NCBI GenBank assembly: GCA_016204535.1
Contig: JACQKL010000042.1
Span: 1-48,751, forward strand
Source of the DNA: Candidatus Levyibacteriota bacterium
Lineage (GTDB): Bacteria > Patescibacteriota > Microgenomatia > Levybacterales > UBA12049
DNA length: 48,751 nucleotides
Direction of reading: 5' to 3'
This document shows positions 1 through 8,934 of this stretch, in pieces; position 1 is the stretch's first letter, and each line of letters begins with the position of its first letter. The position numbers and the translations under genes are program-made. Under the pieces are notes generated by a model. That model had not been told where the DNA came from and made no database searches. It saw only the letters and a program-made list of their open reading frames with translations.

Positions 1-82
1 ACTTCGCTATCCTTTCTATCATTATTCTTTTTATACATATAGTTTTTACTAATAGTTATCATGTCCTCAAGCTTCGCTAGGC

Positions 83-119
83 ATGATCCCTCCGTAGCTT
101 TTAAGCGAAGGGGGATCAT
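83..119. repeat. GC-rich extragenic palindromic element, copy 1
   Basis: 10-bp outer stem 83-92/110-119 (one G.T pair) encloses an asymmetric internal loop CGTA(93-96)/GAA(107-109) and a short inner helix. It abuts the stop codon (119-121) of the minus-strand small ORF. Related copy at 940-977. Confidence 0.5.
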
Positions 120-346
120 TATAATTTTCCAAAAATTTTCAAGATAAATTCATCGTATCTTTTACCCAAGATCTCGTGGAATATAACAGTAAGTATAAGA
201 GCAAAAGGAATTAAAATTCTCCAAGGATGATTTCCAAGCCAAAAACTGACAGAAGTAAAGACTTTTGAAAAAGGCATACTCTTAATCAGTTTTTCCTGCT
301 CATTTGCCCTTTCTTTTAAAGTCTTGATAAATTCATGCTCGTTCAT
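119..346 (-). CDS. small single-pass membrane protein co-transcribed with the sigma factor (possible anti-sigma factor)
   Basis: 75-aa ORF with one hydrophobic helix (WRILIPFALILTVIF). Its ATG overlaps the sigma-factor stop (ATGA at 343-346). No recognisable anti-sigma motif. Confidence 0.4.
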   Translation of the reverse strand: MNEHEFIKTLKERANEQEKLIKSMPFSKVFTSVSFWLGNHPWRILIPFALILTVIFHEILGKRYDEFILKIFGKL

Positions 347-894
347 ACTTCGGCAAGCTCAGTACTGGCGTAAGCTAGTTTGAAGCTTTGGCGGGCTCTA
401 AAAAGGAGAGATTCCGTAGCTTTGAACGATAAATTAAAGATTCTGGCCAAAGTTTTTACCGGTATTTTTTTATCGTAGTGGAGTGTTAAGATTTTTTGAT
501 ATCTTAAAGAGAGACTATGAAGAACAAACTCAATTTTATCCCGAATTTTATCTTTTTCAAATTGAAATTCCGGTTGGTTAATTTCAGAGGCAACAATTTG
601 CAGGAAAGGAACTTGAGATAAAAGTATAGATTTTATTTTTCGTTTTCGATAAAAATCTACCATTTTATTGTGAGCGATTCGATAGAGCCAGGCTAGCGTA
701 TTCTCTTCTTTTCGAAGGAGCGAAAGAGAATCAATTGCTTCCAGAAAAACATCATTGGTTAAATCTTCCGCATCTTCAAATTGGGGGAGTTTTTTAGTAA
801 AATAAGCCAAAATCTTCGGGGAATAGAATTTATAAAACTCTACAACCGCCTTACTGTCTCCTTGTAGAATTCGCTTTACGTAAGACAACGACAT
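343..894 (-). CDS. ECF-type sigma-70 family RNA polymerase sigma factor
   Basis: Region 2-like motif LAWLYRIAHNKMVDFYRKRK and a region 4-like C-terminus. The ORF track starts at GTG 912, but the TATAAT at 906-901 lies inside that extension, so ATG 894 (MSLSYVKRIL) is preferred. Confidence 0.75.
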   Translation of the reverse strand: MSLSYVKRILQGDSKAVVEFYKFYSPKILAYFTKKLPQFEDAEDLTNDVFLEAIDSLSLLRKEENTLAWLYRIAHNKMVDFYRKRKIKSILLSQVPFLQIVASEINQPEFQFEKDKIRDKIEFVLHSLSLRYQKILTLHYDKKIPVKTLARIFNLSFKATESLLFRARQSFKLAYASTELAEV

Positions 895-900
895 ATGTAG

Positions 901-929
901 ATTATATGCCACTCCGCTTTGAATTGCAA
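901..929 (-). promoter_or_regulatory. sigma70-type promoter TTGCAA-17-TATAAT, ATG 7 nt after the -10 (leaderless)
   Basis: Minus-strand reading: TTGCAA (929-924), 17-nt spacer, TATAAT (906-901), 6 nt, then the A of the ATG at 894. Confidence 0.5.
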
Positions 930-939
930 AATTTGGAAT

Positions 940-977
940 ATACCTCCGTAGCCCCGCTAAGCGGGGCGAAGGGGTAT
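940..977. repeat. GC-rich extragenic palindromic element, copy 2
   Basis: Outer stem 940-946/971-977, the same CGTA(947-950)/GAA(968-970) internal loop, inner 7-bp stem GCCCCGC/GCGGGGC with a TAA loop. Lies between the divergent sigma gene and hmgA. Confidence 0.5.
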
Positions 978-1046
978 AGCAAATTTTTGCTCCGAATGAT
1001 TTTAATACATTTTACGACTTAATATTGTAAGTATTGTAGAAATACT

Positions 1047-2201
1047 ATGGATTTACGTGGCTATACGGATATCAATTTAAGACGTAAAGCATTGGAAAAA
1101 GAGTTGAGAGTTAAGCTTGAACAAACGGGGAATTATTCACTGGATGTTAAATTAGCCTCTACTAGAAACTGCGAAAATATGATTGGGGCAACCCAAATTC
1201 CTGTGGGAGTAGCGGGTCCACTTAAAATAAAAAGTTCTTTGCAGGAAAGAGAAGTTTTTGTTCCTTTGGCTACTACCGAAGGAGCTTTGGTTGCTTCTGT
1301 CAATAGAGGGTGCAAGGCAATAACCCAAAGCGGTGGCGCAGCAATCATTAGCAAGAGAATTGGTATCACGAGGGCGCCTGTTTTTGAAATTAAAAATATT
1401 GAAGAAGGAGAGAAAGCGATTGGGTGGATTAAGGATAATTTAATTGAAATTAAGAAAGTGTCCGAAAAGTCTTCATCGCATTTAAAACTTTTGGATATAA
1501 AATCTTGGATGGCTGGAAGAAATCTTTTCTTACGATTCAGATTTGATTCACAAGACGCAATGGGCATGAATATGACTACAATTGCCTGCACTAATGCAGC
1601 TTCTCTTATCGAGCAGAATACAAAAGCAAAATTAGTATCAATCTCCGGGAATGTTTGCGTTGATAAAAAACCAAACATGTTGAATATGATTGAAGGAAGA
1701 GGAATACCGGTTTGGGCGGATTGCGTTTTGCCGGATGAAGTTGTAGCGAATGTGCTTAAGACAACGCCGGAAAAATTTGTCAATGTAATTAACAGAAAAG
1801 TTTATCTGGGATCGATACTTTCCGGAAGTATTGGGGCGAATGCGCATGCTGCTAATGTATTGGCGGCAATTTTTTTGGCAACCGGACAGGACATTGCTCA
1901 TATTGCAGAGGTTGCCAGTGTTATAATAACTGGTGAGGTAGTAGAAAAAGGTCTTTATGTTTCTGCAAATCTTTCGGATCTGGTTGTTGGGACAGTTGGC
2001 GGAGGAACAAATCTTTCAACCCAGAAAGAAGCTTTGGATATTTTGGGAGTTTCCGGAGGAAACAATGGAAAAAACTCTCAAAAATTAGCGGAAATTATTG
2101 GAGCCAGTGTCCTAGCAGGAGAAATATCCCTTATTGCCTCTTTAAGCGTAAATTCTTTAGCTTGCGCCCATCAAAGGCTTGGAAGAGGAGAAAATCTATG
2201 A
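1047..2201 (+). CDS. hmgA: hydroxymethylglutaryl-CoA reductase, class I (short archaeal-like form)
   Basis: 384 aa with class I HMGR motifs (ATTEGALVAS, DAMGMNM, VGTVGGGT). First gene of the mevalonate operon. Confidence 0.9.
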   Translation: MDLRGYTDINLRRKALEKELRVKLEQTGNYSLDVKLASTRNCENMIGATQIPVGVAGPLKIKSSLQEREVFVPLATTEGALVASVNRGCKAITQSGGAAIISKRIGITRAPVFEIKNIEEGEKAIGWIKDNLIEIKKVSEKSSSHLKLLDIKSWMAGRNLFLRFRFDSQDAMGMNMTTIACTNAASLIEQNTKAKLVSISGNVCVDKKPNMLNMIEGRGIPVWADCVLPDEVVANVLKTTPEKFVNVINRKVYLGSILSGSIGANAHAANVLAAIFLATGQDIAHIAEVASVIITGEVVEKGLYVSANLSDLVVGTVGGGTNLSTQKEALDILGVSGGNNGKNSQKLAEIIGASVLAGEISLIASLSVNSLACAHQRLGRGENL

Positions 2202-3235
2202 CTGGAATTGTAGGATACGGGACTTATGTTCCAAAATATCGGCTTAAAATTGCAGACATTGCGGAAGTTTGGGGAAAAAAGGCTGTCGAAATTGAAAGCG
2301 GACTGCGTATTGCTGAAAAAGCAGTACCAGGTTTTGATGAAGATGCGGTAACAATGGGGGTTGAAGCAGCGAGAAAAGCGATTGAAATGGCGGGAGTCAA
2401 ACCGGAAGACTTACAAAGTATATATTTTGGGTCAGAGAGTCATCCTTATGCGGTTAAGCCTTCATCTACAGCTTTGGGAGAATATTTGGGTGTTGGCAAT
2501 AATTACTTTGCTTCCGATTTGGAATTTGCTTGCAAAGCCGCAACCGCAGGGATTCAGGTAACCACAGCCTTACTTCAAAGTCGCAATATAAATTATGGAT
2601 TGGTGGTCGGAAGTGATACTGCTCAAGGCAAACCTCATGACGCCTTGGAATATACGGCTGCAAGTGCAGCCTGTGCATATATTTTAGGAAACAAACAATC
2701 TGAAATTATTGCCAATATTCTTGAAATGTCATCCTTTTCATCCGATATGCCTGATTTCTGGAGAAGAGATGGAGCGCGTTATCCTTCTCATTTTGGCAGA
2801 TTCAGCGGAGAGCCGGCATATTTTACCCATGTAATTGGTGAAGGTAAAAATTTATTACAAAAAAGCAAACTTGAGCCCTCAGATTTTGCCTATTGTGTTT
2901 TCCATATGCCAAACGGAAAGTTTCCAAGAGTTGCAGCGAAAAAACTTGGATTCACACCAGAGCAATTGGCGCCTTCACTGACAGTAGATAAAATTGGAAA
3001 TCCCTACACCGCGTCTTCTTTGATGGGTTTGGCAGCTGTTTTAGATATTGCCAAACCAAAAGAAAAAATATTTTTTGTTTCCTACGGATCGGGCGCAGGA
3101 TCAGACGGGTTTATTTTTCAAGCAACCAAAGCAATTTTGCAAAAACAAAAAAAGACAATTCCGGTTACAAAACAACTAGAGCAAAAAATTTATATTTCGT
3201 ATTCTTCTTATTTAAGGCAAACACACACAATATGA
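2198..3235 (+). CDS. hydroxymethylglutaryl-CoA synthase, archaeal type
   Basis: MTGIVGYGTYVPKYRL N-terminus and thiolase-fold condensing enzyme. ATG 2198 overlaps the hmgA stop (ATGA). The upstream TTG extension in the ORF track is rejected. Confidence 0.85.
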   Translation: MTGIVGYGTYVPKYRLKIADIAEVWGKKAVEIESGLRIAEKAVPGFDEDAVTMGVEAARKAIEMAGVKPEDLQSIYFGSESHPYAVKPSSTALGEYLGVGNNYFASDLEFACKAATAGIQVTTALLQSRNINYGLVVGSDTAQGKPHDALEYTAASAACAYILGNKQSEIIANILEMSSFSSDMPDFWRRDGARYPSHFGRFSGEPAYFTHVIGEGKNLLQKSKLEPSDFAYCVFHMPNGKFPRVAAKKLGFTPEQLAPSLTVDKIGNPYTASSLMGLAAVLDIAKPKEKIFFVSYGSGAGSDGFIFQATKAILQKQKKTIPVTKQLEQKIYISYSSYLRQTHTI

Positions 3236-4377
3236 TAAATATTTTGGGAGCTTACGCAACAAAATTTGGAGAGCTATGGAATATTTCTCCCCGAGCATTG
3301 GCAAAAGAAGTAATGGAAAATGCTTTGAAATCTTTCGGCTTAAAAGCATCTCAAATAGACGCCTTGTTTGTCGGAAATATGCTGTCCGGGATTTTGGGAA
3401 ATCAAACGAATTTAGGCTCTTTAGTTGCTGAAGAATTGGGTGTCCAAATTCCTGCATTTAGGATTGAGGGAGCATGTGCTTCGGGAGGATTAGCTCTTCA
3501 TAATGCCATAAATAGCTTAAAAGCCGGGCAATATAAAACAGTTCTGGTTTTGGGAATTGAGAAAATGACCGATCATAGTCAGGACGAAATTACAACCGCT
3601 TTGATGGCTGCAGGGTCAGATGAAGAGCGTATGGCTGGCTCAACTTTTCCCGGAGTTTACGCTCTCATGGCTCAAGCATATATGCGAAAATACTCTGTTT
3701 CAGAAGAAGATTTAGCTGCAGTTTCAGTAAAAAATCATTACCACGGTTCACTTAATCCAAAAGCCCAGTTTCAATCTCCGATAACGATTGCTGATGTTAT
3801 GAAAAGCTCAAAGATTGCAGATCCTTTAAAGCTTTTGGATTGTTCTCCTATTTCCGATGGAGCTGCGGCAGTTGTAATTACGAGTGAAAACACAATTAGA
3901 AAAGTTAAAAAACCCATTCAAATTGTTGCCAGTGAAGTTGCTACGGATACACTTAGTCTTCATGACAGAAAATCGTTTACCAGCTTAAGCGCAGTTGTTG
4001 AGGCATCTGGAAAAGCATATAGAAAAGCAGGAATAAAATCAGGAGATATCGACGTCGCAGAGATCCACGACTGCTTTTCTATTTCAGAAGCTATAGCCAC
4101 AGAGGACTTGGGATTTTCAGAAAAGGGCCATGGCGCAAAAGATATTGCTCAAGGAAGACGAACACTTTCTAATGGAGATATTATTTGCAATCCTTCAGGA
4201 GGATTAAAAGCCTGTGGTCATCCAGTTGGCGCAACAGGCATTAAACAGATTGTAGAAATAACAGAGCAACTGAGAGGAGAGGCGGGAAAGAAACAAGTTA
4301 AAGGAGCAAAAATTGGCTTAACTCATAACGTTGGCGGCAGCGGAACAGTAGCGGTTATACATATTTTACAAAATTAA
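3232..4377 (+). CDS. acetyl-CoA C-acetyltransferase (archaeal-type thiolase)
   Basis: 381 aa thiolase-like protein (IEGACASGG active-site Cys region, C-terminal GLKACGHPVGATG and NVGGSG). ATGA overlap with the HMGS gene. Confidence 0.85.
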   Translation: MINILGAYATKFGELWNISPRALAKEVMENALKSFGLKASQIDALFVGNMLSGILGNQTNLGSLVAEELGVQIPAFRIEGACASGGLALHNAINSLKAGQYKTVLVLGIEKMTDHSQDEITTALMAAGSDEERMAGSTFPGVYALMAQAYMRKYSVSEEDLAAVSVKNHYHGSLNPKAQFQSPITIADVMKSSKIADPLKLLDCSPISDGAAAVVITSENTIRKVKKPIQIVASEVATDTLSLHDRKSFTSLSAVVEASGKAYRKAGIKSGDIDVAEIHDCFSISEAIATEDLGFSEKGHGAKDIAQGRRTLSNGDIICNPSGGLKACGHPVGATGIKQIVEITEQLRGEAGKKQVKGAKIGLTHNVGGSGTVAVIHILQN

Positions 4378-4381
4378 TATT

Positions 4382-4684
4382 ATGATTACGTCACCGGTAA
4401 AACTTTGGAGAAGACAAAAAAATACAGCTTCCCTGATAGGAAAAAAGGGGGAAATTTTACAATGGACCATCATTAGGGTTCCTGCCAAATCTTTTATGGA
4501 TCAAGCGCCGTATCCGGTTGTAATTGTCAAAATGGAAAATGGAGAAAATATGATAGGACAATTAGTGGACTGGCAAGAAAAAGATTTGATGATTGGAAAA
4601 GAAGTAATATCTGTATTGAGACTTTTGCGAACTGAGCCAAAAGAAGATATAATCTACTACAATATTAAGTTCAAGCCCCTATGA
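4382..4684 (+). CDS. DUF35 OB-fold protein (thiolase/HMGS scaffold subunit), without a zinc ribbon
   Basis: 100 aa in the position and size expected after thiolase+HMGS. OB-fold-like PYPVVIVKMENGENMIGQLVD. The protein contains no cysteine at all. Confidence 0.65.
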   Translation: MITSPVKLWRRQKNTASLIGKKGEILQWTIIRVPAKSFMDQAPYPVVIVKMENGENMIGQLVDWQEKDLMIGKEVISVLRLLRTEPKEDIIYYNIKFKPL

Positions 4685-5748
4685 AAAAAATTCATGTATC
4701 TGCCCCAGGTAAGTTACATTTATTAGGAGAGCACGTTGTTGTTTACAATAAACCTGCCATTATTACTGCGGTAAATAAACGTTGTTTTGTAACAATTACT
4801 TCCAGAAAAGACCAGAAGATAGAAGTTGTTTCAGCGAATCTTAAAGCAAGCAAAATAGTTACGGAAAAAGAAATAATTGAAAAAACTAAAGATGCTCAGT
4901 CAAAATGGGAAACTTATGTAAAAACCAATGACATATCTCTTCTTAAATCTATAACCTCGGATCCTTTGGATTTTCCAATTATTGTTATTGGCGAAGCTTT
5001 AAAGTATTTGAAAAAGACTCTTCCATTTGGTTTTACTTTATCAATAAAATCCGATATTCCAATTGGTTCTGGAATGGGCTCTTCGGCAGCAATCGCAGTA
5101 TCTGTTGCAGGAGCAATATATTTATTGTTTAATAAAGATTTTGATAAAGAGATTATTAACGAAATCGCCTATCTTGCGGAGCAAAAGAAACACGGAATGC
5201 CTTCGGGCGGAGATAATTCGGCCAGTTGCTTTGGAGGATTAGTTTGGTATAGAAAAGAGGCAGTTGAACTTAAGATAATCCAACCTATTTCATTCTCATT
5301 GCCCAAAAAATTGGCAGATAATTTTAGCGTAATTCAAACCGGTACGCCAAATGAATCAACAGGAGAAATGGTGGGAATTGTAAGAACTTTATATCAGAAA
5401 AATCCGCAACTGGTCAATGGTGTGCTGTTGAGTCAAGAAAAATTAGTAAGAGAACTTTTGGCTGCAATTAAAAGCGGTGATAACACTCTAATGATACGTA
5501 TCATTAGAGCAGGAGAGAAGAATTTGGAAAGCCTTGGAGTCGTTTCGGATTTTGCAAAAACAATTATTGGGAAAATTGAAAAGCTTGGCGGAGCGGCGAA
5601 AATTTGCGGAGGGGGAGGAGTCAAAAAAAGAACGGGGGTATTGCTAGTCTATTACGAAGATAAAGACCGAATTAAGGCAATTGCCGATTCTTATCACTTG
5701 CCTTTCCTTCAGGTTCCATTGGGCGTTGAGGGATTAAGGCAAGAATAA
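4681..5748 (+). CDS. mvk: mevalonate kinase (GHMP kinase family)
   Basis: SAPGKLHLLGEHVVVYNKPAI, PIGSGMGSSAA, HGMPSGGDNSAS, CGGGG. ATGA overlap with the DUF35 gene. Confidence 0.8.
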   Translation: MKKIHVSAPGKLHLLGEHVVVYNKPAIITAVNKRCFVTITSRKDQKIEVVSANLKASKIVTEKEIIEKTKDAQSKWETYVKTNDISLLKSITSDPLDFPIIVIGEALKYLKKTLPFGFTLSIKSDIPIGSGMGSSAAIAVSVAGAIYLLFNKDFDKEIINEIAYLAEQKKHGMPSGGDNSASCFGGLVWYRKEAVELKIIQPISFSLPKKLADNFSVIQTGTPNESTGEMVGIVRTLYQKNPQLVNGVLLSQEKLVRELLAAIKSGDNTLMIRIIRAGEKNLESLGVVSDFAKTIIGKIEKLGGAAKICGGGGVKKRTGVLLVYYEDKDRIKAIADSYHLPFLQVPLGVEGLRQE

Positions 5749-5803
5749 CCTACCTAGATTGATTCTGAGGTCTTTTTATGGTAGGATCTAACTAATTTAT
5801 ATT

Positions 5804-6811
5804 ATGGGTTTGCAACAAGAGGGGCCGAAAGACTTACATCAAGAAAAACGCCACAACGAATCGTTAATGCCTTTGACTTTAGGTGCTCCTCCTCGTGTTC
5901 CTTATTACGCTTATCCTGCTTGGGGCTTAGTTTACAAAGGCGAAGAACAGGCAGATGTAGCTTATAGAGAAGAATGGGGAGCTGGAAATGCTGGTCAATT
6001 AGACTTAGTTTCTAAGGCTATGATTGAAGCGGGTTATGGTAATTTCCCAGAGTTATTAAGACAGGAAACAGCAAAAACCGTATCGGAATTGCTAAAAGAT
6101 AGGTCAGATAGCCAGCCGTTAAATATTCTAGACATTGGTGCAGGCCCTGGATTATCTGCTTTGACCGTTTACGAAGCCTTACCTCCAAAGCTTAAGCCAG
6201 TAACTACGATGATTCTTGTGGATCCTTCGGCAGAAAGTCTTAAGGCTGCTAGGCAAAAAATGGAAGAAAAAGGAATTAAATTTAAAATTATAAGCGCTTC
6301 AGACACAGAAGCTTTAAAAGAAATAGAGGGGGGATCAATAGATATTCTGACAGGAGTTGCATCTGTTCATCATCATGCCAAGATTCCATTTGACCTTTAC
6401 CGAAATGTTTTGAGAAAGGGAGGGTCTGCGGTATTTGCTGATTGGCATCAGACCTTATGGGAGCATCCAGGCAGCGTACTTAGACTTTTTGAACAATTTG
6501 ACTGGCCGCAAAAAGAAAAAGGTATTAAAAATTGGTTAGCAACTTATCCTAAAGCAGGAGATATTCCTCCTCTTCCGGATGACCCTGCAGATAGAAAAGC
6601 AATTGAGCAAATTATCGGGTTTTGGAAATCTTATCGAGCAATGTCGCAAAGGAGCAATCTTGGCCCAAATGCAATTTGGCCATTAGAAGGACATAGGCCG
6701 GTGCAAAGATACGCGCAAGAAATGACAGAGGCTGGTTTTAGGGTAAGCAAGCCTCAACAGATTTTACCAGACTCGAGCTTATTGCAGGTTACAGTAGGCC
6801 AAAAAATATAA
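5804..6811 (+). CDS. class I SAM-dependent methyltransferase, substrate unknown
   Basis: Motif I ILDIGAGPGLSAL (about 6121-6160), acidic residue after beta-2 (ILVDPS), later RKGGSAVFADW. Sampled GC is higher than in flanking genes. Confidence 0.7.
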   Translation: MGLQQEGPKDLHQEKRHNESLMPLTLGAPPRVPYYAYPAWGLVYKGEEQADVAYREEWGAGNAGQLDLVSKAMIEAGYGNFPELLRQETAKTVSELLKDRSDSQPLNILDIGAGPGLSALTVYEALPPKLKPVTTMILVDPSAESLKAARQKMEEKGIKFKIISASDTEALKEIEGGSIDILTGVASVHHHAKIPFDLYRNVLRKGGSAVFADWHQTLWEHPGSVLRLFEQFDWPQKEKGIKNWLATYPKAGDIPPLPDDPADRKAIEQIIGFWKSYRAMSQRSNLGPNAIWPLEGHRPVQRYAQEMTEAGFRVSKPQQILPDSSLLQVTVGQKI

Positions 6812-6825
6812 AACTTTAGATAATT

Positions 6826-7944
6826 ATGGTTGACAGAGGAGAGCCAGTAGATAAACGAGCATTTAATGAAGCCTTAGTAAATAAAGAAGCGATAGGGAAT
6901 CTTAAGCTGGTTGTCATGGATGATATAAAAACTAGGCAAGAACGAGGAGGAGATGTATCGGAAGCGCACAGCTTTGCTCATCTAAACAATGTATCGAGAC
7001 TTGCCCCATTTGTTGGCACGTTATATGGCTATACTTCAAGAGAGCAAATGCTTGCTCAAGCCGCTAGTTTGTTTCATGATTTGGTCAGATCTCCAAGTGA
7101 GGATCCAAAAGTCAAAGATGAAGAGGCAAGTTCCAATGCGGCAAAATCTAAACTCGAAGAATTAAATAATGTAGGAATTGTTGTTACAACGCCAGAAGCA
7201 AGAGAAGCAATAGGATATGCAATTGAACGACAGGGACAGTATCCTAGCTGGTTTGCAGATCCGTCAACAAGAGAGCAAGTTCCACAAAAATTAGGAGATA
7301 AATTATGGCTTGCGCTTTTTGTCGCTGACAAATTGGAGGCAAATGGAGTAAGAGTCATTGCTAGAAGATCAAGTTTTGTAGCAGGAGATAGATTAAAAAG
7401 AGAAGATGGAGATTGGAGACAATTTGGTTTCAAACCAGGGCAGGATGAGGGAAAAGTAGTTGCAATTGAAAGCATGGTTAGGCTTGCGATTATAAATCCT
7501 GAAGAGGTTTATCCTAAAAGATTAAAACCCATTGTTGGCCTTTTGTATCAAGTACAAAGAGAATTCGTTTTGGGAATTTGCAAAAGTTTGGGATTAAGTA
7601 TAGAAGATTTAGCAAAAATTCTTATAAACACAAGGAATAAGGATGGGAAAAATATTGTAGAAGTTAGAAAACTTAAATGCCCAAGTGATGCAGAGGAATT
7701 AAGAAGATTTATCGAAAGTAGGAGTGGCATTTCTGAAAAGTCAATTCAGGAAACTTCAGCAGATTATGTCTCCTCAGCAATGGAAACAGTTAACTATTTT
7801 AGTAATAGATATACAGAGGATTTAGATAACCTAATGACAAGATGGGGTCCTAAAGGTGATGCAGCTAGAGATTGGCAAAGAGGAATGGTAGAATATGTTA
7901 ACGGACAGTGGTTCGATAAAGTTGAAGCAAGCTTAAAGAAATAA
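6826..7944 (+). CDS. HD-domain (metal-dependent phosphohydrolase-like) protein, function unknown
   Basis: H..H (AHSFAH), LFHD (about 7073-7081), downstream VADKLEANG, matching the H...HD...D pattern of the HD superfamily. The stop TAA 7942-7944 directly abuts the next ATG. Confidence 0.55.
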   Translation: MVDRGEPVDKRAFNEALVNKEAIGNLKLVVMDDIKTRQERGGDVSEAHSFAHLNNVSRLAPFVGTLYGYTSREQMLAQAASLFHDLVRSPSEDPKVKDEEASSNAAKSKLEELNNVGIVVTTPEAREAIGYAIERQGQYPSWFADPSTREQVPQKLGDKLWLALFVADKLEANGVRVIARRSSFVAGDRLKREDGDWRQFGFKPGQDEGKVVAIESMVRLAIINPEEVYPKRLKPIVGLLYQVQREFVLGICKSLGLSIEDLAKILINTRNKDGKNIVEVRKLKCPSDAEELRRFIESRSGISEKSIQETSADYVSSAMETVNYFSNRYTEDLDNLMTRWGPKGDAARDWQRGMVEYVNGQWFDKVEASLKK

Positions 7945-8934
7945 ATGAATAAAATTACTGTTTCGGCGCCTGGGAAATTAATGCTTTTAGGAGAACATGC
8001 AGTTGTCTACAATCATCCTTGTCTTGTAACTGCAGTTGATCAGAGAATGCGAGCTACCGTTGAAACTCTTCCTCGCTTAGAATTTCAACTAGAAGCAGAG
8101 GATGTAAAGGTAACAGGCTACAAAAAACCATTTAGTGAATTAGGTGTTGGAGATATTCCAAAGGGCGCAAAATTCGTAGAAATTGCAGTTAAAAATTTAT
8201 TGGAGAGATCCCGAAACAAGTTCGGGACGACATGGAAAACAGGTATCAGGGTAATAACAAAATCAGAATTTTCTTCTCAATTTGGATTTGGTTCTTCATC
8301 TGCTTCGACTGTTTGCACGATAAAAGCAATTTCAGAATTACTAAAACTTAAATTATCAAATAAAGAAATTTTTGATATAGCATTTAAAACTGTTTTGGAT
8401 ATTCAGGGAAAAGGATCCGGATTTGATGTGGCAGCAGCTGTTTATGGTGGAACTTTATATTTTGTCACAGGCGGAAAAGTAATTGAGCCACTTGAAATTT
8501 CCACGCTTCCCCTATTGGTTGGTTATTCGGGGATTAAAGCCGATACGGTAACGCTTATAAATAAAGTAAAAGAGGCTTTTAAGGGGAAAGAAAAAAGATT
8601 GGAAGAAATTTACAAACAAATTGCCTCACTGGTTGAAAAAGCAAGAACTGCGCTTTTGATAAAGGACTGGAAAGAGTTCGGAAAACTCATGAATCAAAAC
8701 CAAGAATATTTAAGAGAGCTTGGGGTCAGCATTCCAAAATTAGATGACATGATTAATATTTCGTTATCTAAAGGCGCATATGGAGCAAAACTGTCGGGAG
8801 CAGGCGGAGGAGATTGTATGATCGTAGTTTGTCCAAAAGATAAAGAATTGTTGGTTAAAGCAGGTATTTCTCAAGTTGGAGGGCAGGTTATAGGTGTTAA
8901 GACTAACGCAGAAGGAGTTAAGGTAGAAAAATGA
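7945..8934 (+). CDS. GHMP kinase, putative phosphomevalonate kinase (mevalonate-kinase-like paralog)
   Basis: SAPGKLMLLGEHAVVYNHPCL, GFGSSSAS, GKGSGFDVAAAVYGG, GAGGGDC. Second GHMP kinase of the operon. The substrate assignment is inferred from context. Confidence 0.6.
   Translation: MNKITVSAPGKLMLLGEHAVVYNHPCLVTAVDQRMRATVETLPRLEFQLEAEDVKVTGYKKPFSELGVGDIPKGAKFVEIAVKNLLERSRNKFGTTWKTGIRVITKSEFSSQFGFGSSSASTVCTIKAISELLKLKLSNKEIFDIAFKTVLDIQGKGSGFDVAAAVYGGTLYFVTGGKVIEPLEISTLPLLVGYSGIKADTVTLINKVKEAFKGKEKRLEEIYKQIASLVEKARTALLIKDWKEFGKLMNQNQEYLRELGVSIPKLDDMINISLSKGAYGAKLSGAGGGDCMIVVCPKDKELLVKAGISQVGGQVIGVKTNAEGVKVEK

Noticed and set aside
1133-1783. 216-aa antisense ORF (plus many other antisense or out-of-frame ORFs in the track, e.g. 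7074-7475, 15374-15757, 30787-31245, 41283-41768, 47207-47572)
   Set aside because: Each lies entirely inside a well-supported conserved gene on the other strand or frame. They have low-complexity or odd composition and no start context or recognisable motifs, so they are treated as spurious.
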